A stretch of DNA of 64,000 nucleotides from an uncultured Actinomycetota bacterium (lineage in GTDB: Bacteria > Actinomycetota > Actinomycetes > Mycobacteriales > SCTD01), in the NCBI GenBank assembly GCA_963760125.1, contig CAVXBV010000007.1, positions 577,613 through 641,612 on the forward strand, in the 5' to 3' direction. The notes under the pieces are model-generated. The model did not search any database. It was not told the DNA's origin and saw nothing but the letters and a program-made list of their open reading frames with translations. The position numbers and the translations under genes are program-made. This document shows positions 21,896 to 30,687 of this stretch, one piece after another (within the stretch, counting starts at the first letter, position 1; the number at the start of each line of letters is the position of its first letter).

Positions 21896-22770
21896 GCCTC
21901 GAGCCGCTCCACGGCGCCCTCGGCTCCGTGGCGCGGTCCCACCTCTGTCAGCACCATGGCCGCGAGCACGAACGCGGCTCCGAGCAGGGCGCGTGGCCCG
22001 AGCACCTCTCCGGCCAGCAGCACCGCGAACAGCCCACCGAAGACCGGCTCCATCGTCATGATGACCGCCGCCCGGGTCGGTGCGAGGTGGGCCTGCGCCC
22101 ACGTCTGCACGACGAAGGCCAGGGCGGTGGCCGCCAGGGCGGTGAGCGCGATGGCTCCCCACGTCGTGGCGTCCGGCGGGACGACCAGACCGCCGGGCAG
22201 GGCGACGAGGCCGCACAGCACCGTGGTGGTCAGCAGCTGCACCACGGCGAGCCCGAAGGCGTCGTACGACGGGGACCACCGTCCGAGGCCGACGATGTGC
22301 AGCGCGAAGGCGGCGGCGCACCCGAGCGTCAGCAGCTCACCGCCACCGATCGAGAACCCCTTGAGCGACAGCAGACCGAGGCCGAGCGTGGCGATAGCGA
22401 CCGCAGCCCAGGCGAGCCGGTCGGGGGCCTGTCGCAGCAGCAGAGCAGCCCCGAGGGGGGTCAGCACGACGAACATGCCGGTGATGAAGCCGCTGACCGC
22501 CGCGCTCGTGTGCTGCAGCCCCAGGGTCTGCAGGAGGTAGCCGGCACCCAGAGCGAGTCCGAGCAGCAGGCCGACGCGGCGTCCGGAGGCTCCCAGGGAA
22601 GCGACCGAGCGCGGGCGCAGGACCAGCATCGCGAGGGTGGCCAGGCCGAAGCGCCAGGTGAGGAAGTCCGTGACCGGCATGCGCTCGACAGCGTCCTTGA
22701 CGACGACGAAGGTCGATCCCCAGATCGCGGTGACCCCGACCAGCGCCAGGGTCGGGCTCCGCAGGATCAC
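21892..22770 (-). CDS. DMT-superfamily (EamA) transporter
   Basis: GTG 22770 forms a GTGA overlap with the nfo stop. About ten hydrophobic helices, with a typical EamA start LVGVTAIWGSTFVVVK. Confidence 0.75.
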   Translation of the reverse strand: MILRSPTLALVGVTAIWGSTFVVVKDAVERMPVTDFLTWRFGLATLAMLVLRPRSVASLGASGRRVGLLLGLALGAGYLLQTLGLQHTSAAVSGFITGMFVVLTPLGAALLLRQAPDRLAWAAVAIATLGLGLLSLKGFSIGGGELLTLGCAAAFALHIVGLGRWSPSYDAFGLAVVQLLTTTVLCGLVALPGGLVVPPDATTWGAIALTALAATALAFVVQTWAQAHLAPTRAAVIMTMEPVFGGLFAVLLAGEVLGPRALLGAAFVLAAMVLTEVGPRHGAEGAVERLEA

Positions 22771-23630
22771 GCGTCGCGCAGGGTGCAGAGCAGCTCGATG
22801 TCGCGACGGTGCGCCGTCGCGTCGCCGGGGGTCTCGACGACGACCGGGACGCCCCGGGTGGCCGGGTGGCGGAAGAGCTCGCTGAAGGGGTCCTTGCCGA
22901 TCTGGCCCTCGCCGATCGTTTCGTGACGGTCGCGCAAGGATCCGAGCGGGTCCTTGGAGTCGTTGGCGTGGACCAACCCCAGCCGACCCCGCCCTACCGC
23001 GCGTACGAGAGCGTCGAGGGTCTTCTTCATGCCGCCGGGAGCGGCCAGGTCGTGACCGGCCGCGAAGGCGTGGCAGGTGTCGAGGCAGACGCCGAGCAGT
23101 GGGTGATCGTCGAGCTGGGCGAAGTACGGCGCGAGGTCCTGCACCGTGGCGGCGAGGGCCTGGCCGCCACCTGCCGTGGGCTCGATGAGCAGCCGGGGGC
23201 CGTCCTCGGGACAGGCTTCGAGCACCGGGAGCAGGTGCTCGCGCAGCTGAGCCATGGCCTCGTCGCGATGTGCCCCGGCGACCGCGCTCCCAGCGTGCAC
23301 GACCACGCCGAGCGCACCGATCTCGGAGCCGCGGTGCATGGCGTGCGCGACCGCGTCGACGGACTTGCGGAGCGTCGCCTCCGTGGGTGAGCCGAAGTTC
23401 ACCAGGTAGGGGGCGTGGACGTACGCCGGCACGGACCGCTCGGCGCACAGCGAACGGAACTCAGCGTCCTTCGCCGGGTCGCCCGGGGAGGGGGCCCACC
23501 CGCGCGGGTTGGACACGAAGACCTGGACGGCGTAGGCGCCGATCTCCTCGGCGTAGGCGAGTCCCTTGACCAGTCCTCCGGAAACAGGGACGTGGGCGCC
23601 CACGGCAGAGGGCTTGCGGGGAGGCACCAC
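22767..23630 (-). CDS. nfo: deoxyribonuclease IV (endonuclease IV)
   Basis: AP endonuclease family 2 blocks HAPYLVNFGS, VVHAGS, LLIEPTAG, CLDTCHAFAAG, HANDS. The start may lie a few codons downstream. Confidence 0.85.
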   Translation of the reverse strand: MVPPRKPSAVGAHVPVSGGLVKGLAYAEEIGAYAVQVFVSNPRGWAPSPGDPAKDAEFRSLCAERSVPAYVHAPYLVNFGSPTEATLRKSVDAVAHAMHRGSEIGALGVVVHAGSAVAGAHRDEAMAQLREHLLPVLEACPEDGPRLLIEPTAGGGQALAATVQDLAPYFAQLDDHPLLGVCLDTCHAFAAGHDLAAPGGMKKTLDALVRAVGRGRLGLVHANDSKDPLGSLRDRHETIGEGQIGKDPFSELFRHPATRGVPVVVETPGDATAHRRDIELLCTLRDA

Positions 23631-23675
23631 GACAGGGTGCCAGACGGCACAGGTCGTTGGGGCACGCAGGGTGGG

Positions 23676-25541
23676 TCAGAAGACGTAGAGCCGAACGGAG
23701 GCACCGCGCTTGACCACCTTGCCGCCCTCCGGGTCCTGCGAGACGACCTTTCCGGGACCGCGGGGGAACCGGCTCACCTTGACCTGCAGGCCCAGGGCCT
23801 CCAGGGCGGTGCGGGCGTCGGCCTCCTTCTTGCCCGTCACGTCGGGCACCGTGACGACGTCGGGACCCTTGCTCACGGTCAGGGTGATGGTCGAGCCCCG
23901 GTCTGCCGTGCCGTCCTTGGGGTCCTGACGCAGGACGATGCCCTTGCCGACCTTGTCGCTGAACTCCTGGTTCAGGCCCACCTGGAAGCCTAGGGCCGTG
24001 AGGCTGCGCTGGGCATCGGCTTGTGGCCGTCCGGTGAAGTCAGGGACCTCGACCGGCTCCTTGCCCTTGGACAGCACTAGGCGCACCACGGTGCCCTGAC
24101 GGAGCTTGGTCCCCGAGCCGGGGGCGGTGCTCAGGACCAGACCCGTGGCCACCGTCTGGCTGTACTGGCTGGTCGTCTGCGGCGACACCTTCAGCCCCAG
24201 GTCGTCCAGGGCCTTCGTGGCGGCGGCGACGTCCTTGCCGGCGACGTCGGGCACGACGCGGCGATCAGGGCCCTTGGACAGGACCAGGGTGACGCTGCCG
24301 TCCTTGCGGACGCGCCCGCCGGGCTCAGGGTCCTGCTCCAGGACCAGGCCCGCACCGACCGTCTCGCTGAACTCCGACGGGCCCTGCCGGTCGGTCAGCC
24401 CGGCCTGCTTCAGCTTCGCCTCCGCCTCCGCCAGGGTGAGCGTGACGACCGAGGGGGCCTGGGTGTAGCGGAAGCTGCCGAGGTAGTAGCCGGTGCCCAG
24501 GGCGCCGAGGGCGAGCACCAGGACGACGAGCAGCGCGATCAGTCCGCGCCGCCGGCGACGCGGACGGGGCGGGGTCACCGGGACCTGATCGGTGCGCAGC
24601 GGGGGAGCGGTGACGGTCGACGGCCGCGGCACCATGAGGGTGCGGTGCTCGGCCGCCGGCACCGGCTCGGTCGGGTCCGGCAGGTGGCGCTGGACCGCGA
24701 GCAGCGCGGCGTGGAAGGCACTGCCGTCGAGGGGACGCGCCTCGGGGTCGCGTCGCGTGGCCCGGACGACCAGCTCGTCCAGCGCCGCGGGCACTCCTTC
24801 GACCGCGGACGACGGCGGGGGAACGTCCTGGTGCACGTGCTGGTAGGCCACGGACAGCGGCGTCTGGCCGCCGTACGGCGGGGTGCCGGTGAGCAGCTCC
24901 CAGAGCACCACACCCGCGGCGTAGACGTCGGTCCGCGCATCGGCGTCGCCCGACTGCACCTGCTCCGGGGCGAGGTAGGCGACGGTCCCGATGAGCATGC
25001 CGGTGGTCTGGGTGACGGTGCTGCTCTCGACCGCCCGCGCCAGGCCGAAGTCGGCCACCTTGATGCGGCCGTCGTCGGCGACGAGGACGTTCTCAGGCTT
25101 GATGTCGCGATGGACGAGCCCCGCGGCGTGGGCGGCGCTCAGCGCGCGGAGGACCGGCTCCATGAGCGCCACAGCACGCGCCGGCGGTTGGGGGCCGCGC
25201 TCCTGCAGGAACTGGCGCAGCGTGATCCCGCGCACGTGCTCCATCACCAGGTAGGCGAGGCCGGTGGCCGGGTCCGTGCCCTGGTCGTAGACGGCGACCA
25301 CCTCAGCGGCCTGCACGCGGGCGGAGGCTTGCGCTTCGCGGGTGAAGCGGGCCACGAAGTCGGGGTCCTCGGCGAGGGCGCGGCTCATCACCTTCACCGC
25401 GACGACGCGGTCGAGGCGGGTGTCGGTGCCCTGGTAGACCGTGGCCATCCCGCCGCGGGCGATGAACGCGTCCACGCGGTAGCGCCCGTCCAGCAGCAGC
25501 CCGAGGAGGGGCGCAGCGGTCTCCTGCTCCGTGGCATCCAT
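23676..25541 (-). CDS. Ser/Thr protein kinase with four extracellular PASTA domains
   Basis: ATG 25541. Kinase blocks GGMATVYQG, VAVKVM, HRDIKPENVLV, VADFGLARA, then one TM helix (LIALLVVLVLALGALGTGYYL), then four PASTA-like repeats of ~65 aa. The gene is positionally like pknL of Mtb. Confidence 0.85.
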   Translation of the reverse strand: MDATEQETAAPLLGLLLDGRYRVDAFIARGGMATVYQGTDTRLDRVVAVKVMSRALAEDPDFVARFTREAQASARVQAAEVVAVYDQGTDPATGLAYLVMEHVRGITLRQFLQERGPQPPARAVALMEPVLRALSAAHAAGLVHRDIKPENVLVADDGRIKVADFGLARAVESSTVTQTTGMLIGTVAYLAPEQVQSGDADARTDVYAAGVVLWELLTGTPPYGGQTPLSVAYQHVHQDVPPPSSAVEGVPAALDELVVRATRRDPEARPLDGSAFHAALLAVQRHLPDPTEPVPAAEHRTLMVPRPSTVTAPPLRTDQVPVTPPRPRRRRRGLIALLVVLVLALGALGTGYYLGSFRYTQAPSVVTLTLAEAEAKLKQAGLTDRQGPSEFSETVGAGLVLEQDPEPGGRVRKDGSVTLVLSKGPDRRVVPDVAGKDVAAATKALDDLGLKVSPQTTSQYSQTVATGLVLSTAPGSGTKLRQGTVVRLVLSKGKEPVEVPDFTGRPQADAQRSLTALGFQVGLNQEFSDKVGKGIVLRQDPKDGTADRGSTITLTVSKGPDVVTVPDVTGKKEADARTALEALGLQVKVSRFPRGPGKVVSQDPEGGKVVKRGASVRLYVF

Positions 25542-25593
25542 GACGCCACCGAGTCTAGGTCGCACGGGGGGGCTCACCGGGTCAGGCGCGCGC

Positions 25594-26574
25594 TCAGCGG
25601 AACCGCGCCTGCAGCAGGTGGACGTTCTTGATGTACTGGTGCGTCTGTGGCAGCAGGCCCTTGGCCCGGATCGAGCCGAGCCCCTGGTAGTAGCCGGCGA
25701 GGGCCTTGTCGGTGCTCCCGGTCGCGCGCAGCAGGTCACGCAGCAGCACGACTCCTGCCTCGACGTTGTCGGACGTCTTGAGCAGGTCGAAGGTCCTGCC
25801 GTGCAGGCGCCCCAGGGACCGACCCGTGCTCGGCAGCACCTGCATCACCCCGATCGCGTCGACAGGCGAGACGACCCGCTGCTGGAACCCGCTCTCCTGG
25901 TAGGCGAGCGCGAGAGCCAGGTGGGCGGGGACGCCGTACCGCTGGGCGGTCCGGCGGATCAGCACCCGCACGGCGGCCTTGCTGGGCAGCGAGCGCGCAC
26001 GCAGGACCGCGCGGTGGTGCGCAGCGGACGCGGCGACCGACCCCCCGACCGACCCCCCGACCGTCGGTGTCGCGGCCGCGACCACCGACGCGGCCCTCAC
26101 CGTCGCTGGGTAGCTGAGGCGCTGCCCGATGACGATGGTCGTACGACGCAGGTGGTTGCGCGTGACGAGGGCAGCGACGGTGGTCTGCCAGCGGCGCGCG
26201 AGCACCGTCAGGTTGTCGCCCGGCCGGACGACGTGCACCTTGGAGACCACGCGGGTGGCAGCGGCGGCAGGGCGCGGCCCGGACGTGGCCTTCGTGCCGG
26301 GCAGCCGCAGCAGCGCACCCTCGACGATGAGGTCGCTGCGCAAGGCGTTGAGGCGCTTGAGCTCGGCGACGCTGGTCTGGTGGCGCAGCGCCAGGTGGCT
26401 CAGGGTGTCGCCGCGGACGATCTTCACCAGGTGCCCGGTGGCGCCGCCCGGTGCGGCGGCGGTGACGACGGCGGCGGTGGCGAGCACGAGGGCACCGGCC
26501 CGGAGGCCGCGGCGGGAACGTGCGGGCACGCTGACGCGGAGGTGCCGGAGCTGGCGGAGGTGGTCGTGGAGCAT
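25594..26574 (-). CDS. secreted 2x LysM + SLT-domain lytic transglycosylase
   Basis: Signal-like N-terminus, two LysM repeats (VKIVRGDTLSHLA..., HVVRPGDNLTVLA...), and an SLT catalytic block LALAYQESGFQ..AIGVMQV. Confidence 0.75.
   Translation of the reverse strand: MLHDHLRQLRHLRVSVPARSRRGLRAGALVLATAAVVTAAAPGGATGHLVKIVRGDTLSHLALRHQTSVAELKRLNALRSDLIVEGALLRLPGTKATSGPRPAAAATRVVSKVHVVRPGDNLTVLARRWQTTVAALVTRNHLRRTTIVIGQRLSYPATVRAASVVAAATPTVGGSVGGSVAASAAHHRAVLRARSLPSKAAVRVLIRRTAQRYGVPAHLALALAYQESGFQQRVVSPVDAIGVMQVLPSTGRSLGRLHGRTFDLLKTSDNVEAGVVLLRDLLRATGSTDKALAGYYQGLGSIRAKGLLPQTHQYIKNVHLLQARFR
26035..26063. repeat. 12-nt in-frame tandem repeat inside the LysM/SLT gene
   Basis: GACCGACCCCCC occurs at 26035-26046 and 26047-26058, followed by a partial third copy. 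It encodes GGSVGGSV on the minus strand. Confidence 0.6.
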
Positions 26575-26706
26575 GACGAGCCTTCGTTCGATGGATCCCC
26601 GCCGAGCACCCTAGGGCGGGTGGGACTGGTGTGGCAAGTGTGACGGGTGGGACGTGGCGGCCACGTGGGTCTGCACACCTCTGTGCGCAGTAGAGTCGAG
26701 CGCGAC

Positions 26707-27486
26707 ATGAGTGCACCTGACAGCCCGCTGGTCGTCGCCGGGCGCACGTTCACCAGCCGTTTGCTCGTGGGCACCGGCAAGTTCCGCTCGCACGAGATGA
26801 TGCGCGAGGCCCTGCTGGCCTCCGGCGCGGACGTCGTGACCGTCGCCCTGCGGCGGGTGGACCTCACCCAGGCGGGTCAGGGTGATGTCCTGGACTTCGT
26901 TCCGCCGACCATGACGCTGCTCCCCAACACGAGCGGCGCGGTCGACGCCGACGAGGCGGTCCGGCTGGCCCGGCTCGGTCGCGCCGCGACCGGCGCCGAC
27001 CTCGTCAAGCTCGAGGTCACCCCTGACCCGCGCACCCTGGCGCCGGACCCGATCGAGACGCTGCGGGCCGCCGAGCGGCTGGTCGCCGAGGGCTTCGTCG
27101 TGCTGCCCTACTGCTCGGCCGACCCCGTGCTGTGCCGCCACCTCGAGGAGGCCGGCTGCGCGACGGTGATGCCGCTCGGCGCGTGGATCGGCAGCAACCG
27201 CGGGCTGCGGACCCGCGATGCCATCGAGGTCATCGTCGCGCAGGCAGGCGTCCCGGTCGTCGTGGACGCCGGGCTCGGCGTCCCGAGCGACGCCGCGGAG
27301 GCGATGGAGATCGGCGCCGACGCCGTCCTGGTCAACACGGCCATCGCCGTCGCGCAGGACCCGGTGCTGATGGCACGCGCCTTCGCCCTCGCCACCCAGG
27401 CGGGGCGGATGGGCTTCCTCGCGGGCCGGGGGGCGGTCCTCGAGGGCGCCGAGGCCAGCAGCCCGCTCACCGGGTTCCTGTCGTGA
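26707..27486 (+). CDS. thiG: thiazole synthase
   Basis: ATG 26707. Blocks [61 protein letters not shown]. Confidence 0.9.
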   Translation: MSAPDSPLVVAGRTFTSRLLVGTGKFRSHEMMREALLASGADVVTVALRRVDLTQAGQGDVLDFVPPTMTLLPNTSGAVDADEAVRLARLGRAATGADLVKLEVTPDPRTLAPDPIETLRAAERLVAEGFVVLPYCSADPVLCRHLEEAGCATVMPLGAWIGSNRGLRTRDAIEVIVAQAGVPVVVDAGLGVPSDAAEAMEIGADAVLVNTAIAVAQDPVLMARAFALATQAGRMGFLAGRGAVLEGAEASSPLTGFLS

Positions 27487-27493
27487 GGTTCCC

Positions 27494-28543
27494 GTGAGCA
27501 CCGCTCCCGGCCGGTTCGCCCAGCACCTCGTCTCCGGGCCCTCGCTGGTCCCCGACATGGAGGCGCTGCTGGCACCGGGAGCGGACCTCGAGGCGCTGGC
27601 GCAGCAGGCGCGCGAGGTGACCCTGCAGCGCTTCGGTCGCGCGGTCCGGCTCTTCGCGCCGCTGTACGTCAGCAACGCCTGCTTGAGCTCCTGCACCTAC
27701 TGCGGCTTCAGCAAGGGCCTGGACGTCGCCCGGAAGACGCTCACGGTCGACGAGGTCGTCGCCGAGGCGAGAACGCTGGTGGAGCAGGGGTTCCGGCACC
27801 TCCTGCTGGTCAGCGGCGAGCACCGCCTCGAGGTGAGCAAGGACTACCTGGTCGCCTGCGTCGAGGCGCTGCGCCCGCTGGTCCCGTCGTTGTCCATCGA
27901 GACGCAGACCTGGTCCGACGACACCTACGCCCGCCTGGTCGACGCAGGGTTGGAGGGGGTCGTCCACTACCAGGAGACCTACGACCGCGAGCGCTACGCC
28001 GAGGTCCACACGGCTGGGTGGAAGCGGGACTACGACCGTCGCCTCGCCTCGACCGAACGGGCCGCCGAGGCAGGCGTCCGGCGCCTGGGCATCGGCGCTC
28101 TTCTCGGACTGAGCAACGACTGGCGAGCGGACGTCCGGGCGGTGGCGGAGCACGCCGTGTGGCTGCAGAAGCACTACTGGCGCACCGAGGTGACCGTCTC
28201 GCTTCCTCGCATCAAGCCCAGCGCCTCGGGGTTCCAGCCGCTCCAGCCGGTGACGGATGCGGAGTACGTCCAGGCGATGTGCGCCCTGCGCCTGGTCGCT
28301 CCCGAGGTCGGCATCGTGCTGTCCACCCGCGAGCCTGCGGTCCTGCGCGACGGCCTGGTGCGCATTGCCGTCACGACGATGAGCGCCGGGAGCTCCACGG
28401 AGCCAGGCGGCTACCTCACCCCTGGTCAGGCCCAGGAGCAGTTCGCCATCAGCGACGAGCGGACACCGGCCGAGGTCGCCCAGATGCTCGCCGCCGCGGG
28501 GTACGAACCGGTGTGGAAGGACGCGTTCGCCCTCCGCGACTGA
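27494..28543 (+). CDS. thiH: 2-iminoacetate synthase (radical SAM tyrosine lyase)
   Basis: Radical-SAM cluster motif CLSSCTYC. It starts 7 nt after thiG. Length (349 aa) and overall pattern are consistent with ThiH. Confidence 0.75.
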   Translation: MSTAPGRFAQHLVSGPSLVPDMEALLAPGADLEALAQQAREVTLQRFGRAVRLFAPLYVSNACLSSCTYCGFSKGLDVARKTLTVDEVVAEARTLVEQGFRHLLLVSGEHRLEVSKDYLVACVEALRPLVPSLSIETQTWSDDTYARLVDAGLEGVVHYQETYDRERYAEVHTAGWKRDYDRRLASTERAAEAGVRRLGIGALLGLSNDWRADVRAVAEHAVWLQKHYWRTEVTVSLPRIKPSASGFQPLQPVTDAEYVQAMCALRLVAPEVGIVLSTREPAVLRDGLVRIAVTTMSAGSSTEPGGYLTPGQAQEQFAISDERTPAEVAQMLAAAGYEPVWKDAFALRD

Positions 28544-28563
28544 CGACGCCTGTGCCGCCGCAG

Positions 28564-29280
28564 CTAGGCGACGACGAAGGTGCCGCGCATGCCCTTGGAC
28601 TCGTCGTCGCCCACGCCGGAGGCGTAGGTGTAGGTGCCGGCCTCGGTGAACTCCACGATGACCTCACCCTCCTTGCCCGGAGCGGTCGGGCCGACCTCCC
28701 CGAGAACGGTGCCGTCCGGACGGATGATCTCGAGCTCGTGCTCGTTCGTCTCGGAGGCGTTGGTCAGCTTGAACTCGATCTTCTCGCCCACCGTCACGCT
28801 GAGTCCGTCGAGCCCGGTGAAGGAGAAGTCCTCGGCGGTGACCTCGACCTCGCGGTCGTAGGCGGCCTCCGAGGTGGTGGTCGGGGCCGTGCCGGCCACC
28901 GTGATGGCGGTCCGGATCCCGTCGCCGGTCTGGCCGGGCTTGCACGCGACCTCGTACTCGCCAGGAGCCACGGACACCGTGAAGTCGCGGCTCGCGCCGG
29001 GGGCGATGTTCTCGACCTCGCCCACCACCTTGTCGAAGGACCCCTTCGACCCCTTGCCGTAGACGTAGACCTCCGTGGTGTCCTTGCCCGCATTGGTCAC
29101 CTTGAAGTTGATCGAGCCGGACCCGAACTGGGTCGTGGCCACCTCGCAGGTGGTGTCGCCGGCGGTGACGGCCGTGGCGCTGCCCGTGCCGTTACCGGCG
29201 TCGCTGCTGCCGCAGGCCGACAGCAGGAGCGCAGAGGTGGCGCCGAGAGCGAGGAGAGGGGACAGGTGGCGTGCGGGCAT
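28564..29280 (-). CDS. lipoprotein with two cupredoxin-like domains (EfeO N-terminal-type), FTR1 partner
   Basis: Lipobox LLSAC. Two beta-rich repeats end in ...EYEVACKPG and ...GTYTYASGVGDDESKGMRGTFVV. It lies directly downstream of the FTR1 permease gene. Confidence 0.65.
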   Translation of the reverse strand: MPARHLSPLLALGATSALLLSACGSSDAGNGTGSATAVTAGDTTCEVATTQFGSGSINFKVTNAGKDTTEVYVYGKGSKGSFDKVVGEVENIAPGASRDFTVSVAPGEYEVACKPGQTGDGIRTAITVAGTAPTTTSEAAYDREVEVTAEDFSFTGLDGLSVTVGEKIEFKLTNASETNEHELEIIRPDGTVLGEVGPTAPGKEGEVIVEFTEAGTYTYASGVGDDESKGMRGTFVVA

Positions 29281-29313
29281 GGCGGACAGGCTCCTCAGGG
29301 GTGGGGTGGGTGC

Positions 29314-30159
29314 TCAGGCCGAGACGGACTGGCGGGTGGGTGCGGTAGCGGACGGCGTACGCCCCGGACGCAGGAACAAGACCATGACCGGCACGAGGTA
29401 GGCCAGGTAGGCCACGGCCTGCAGGACGGTGGTCGCGGGCTGGAAGTTGAAGATGCCCTTGAGCAGCGTGCCGTACCAGGAGGACGGCGGGATGGTGCTG
29501 CTCACGTCGAAGGCAAGGGTGTTCAGGCCGGGCAGGATGCCGGCCTCTTGGAGGTCGTGGACGCCGTAGCTGCAGACCCCGGCAGCGACGATGACGAGGG
29601 CGGCGCCGGTCCAGGTGAAGAAGGCCTTGAGGTTGAGGTTGAGGGCGCCGCGGTAGAACGCCCAGCCGAGGACGACCGAGGCGAGCAGGCCGCCGAAGGC
29701 GCTCGTCGTGGACACGACCGGCTGCTGGGTGGACTGGATCGCCGACCACAGGAACAGAGCGGTTTCGAGACCCTCGCGCCCCACCGCCACCAGGCCGGTG
29801 AGCAGGAGCGCGACGGGCCCGAGGGCCAGGGCGGTCTCGAGACGACCGTGCAGCTCGGTCTTGAGGAAGCGGGCTGTGCGTCGCATCCAGAACACCATCC
29901 AGGTGACGAAGCCCACGGCGACGAGCGACGCCACCCCACCGAAGGTCTCCTGGGCCTTGAAGCTCATGTTCGCGCTGGTGAACTGCAGGAGGGCGCCGAA
30001 CGCCAGGCTGATGACGATGGCCAGACCCACCCCGCCCCAGAGCGGCTTCAGCGCGTCGCGCCGTCCGCTCTTGACCAGGTAGGCGACGAGGATCCCGACG
30101 ACGAGGGACGCCTCGAGGCCCTCGCGCAGACCGATGAGGAAGGTGGGGAAGGAGAACAC
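29314..30159 (-). CDS. efeU: FTR1/EfeU-family iron permease
   Basis: GTG 30159. Two REGLE motifs (GLREGLEASL, VGREGLETAL) and about seven TM helices. Confidence 0.8.
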   Translation of the reverse strand: MFSFPTFLIGLREGLEASLVVGILVAYLVKSGRRDALKPLWGGVGLAIVISLAFGALLQFTSANMSFKAQETFGGVASLVAVGFVTWMVFWMRRTARFLKTELHGRLETALALGPVALLLTGLVAVGREGLETALFLWSAIQSTQQPVVSTTSAFGGLLASVVLGWAFYRGALNLNLKAFFTWTGAALVIVAAGVCSYGVHDLQEAGILPGLNTLAFDVSSTIPPSSWYGTLLKGIFNFQPATTVLQAVAYLAYLVPVMVLFLRPGRTPSATAPTRQSVSA

Positions 30160-30219
30160 GGACAAGGCCCTTCTTTCGACTAAGGGCAACCTCACCACAG
30201 TGACCGGGTAAGGGCAACC

Positions 30220-30687
30220 TCAGTTGGGCGTGACGTGACCGAGATCACGGAGCAGCACCCGGTGGCCGGCGCGCCCGCCTACGTCGCGGAACGCGAGGCG
30301 GGACAGCAGGCGCAGCGACCCTTCGTTCCCGGGCAGGACCTCCGCGCGCGCCTGGAGCGCGCCCTGCTGGCGGGCCCACGCCAGCAGCAGCGCCACGGCC
30401 TCGGTCGCGATGCCACGCCCCCGGGCTGACGGAGCGAGGCCGTAGCCGAGATCGACGACGCCCTCGGCATCGGGCGGACCGAACCACCCGCACTCGCCGA
30501 CGACCACACCACCCACCGCGACGAGGAACGTGCCCGGACCGGTGTGCTCGGGGTGGTCCGCGAGCGGGCGCAACGCGTCCGCCGTGTCGGCGTGCGGCCA
30601 GTCGTCGACGTGCGGCATCGGGAGGAGGAGGTGCTGCACCGCCGCGACGGCGACGGCGTGGGTCGCCGGCAGCAGCGCGACGGTCAC
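30220..30687 (-). CDS. GNAT-family N-acetyltransferase
   Basis: RGRGIATEAVALLLAWA acetyl-CoA-binding pattern. The start forms a GTGA overlap with the rnd stop. Confidence 0.7.
   Translation of the reverse strand: MTVALLPATHAVAVAAVQHLLLPMPHVDDWPHADTADALRPLADHPEHTGPGTFLVAVGGVVVGECGWFGPPDAEGVVDLGYGLAPSARGRGIATEAVALLLAWARQQGALQARAEVLPGNEGSLRLLSRLAFRDVGGRAGHRVLLRDLGHVTPN

Noticed and set aside
26575-26706. A TPP riboswitch upstream of thiG.
   Set aside because: I could not find the conserved CUGAGA and ACCUGAUC..GGGA cores on the plus strand. This needs a covariance-model search to be definitive.
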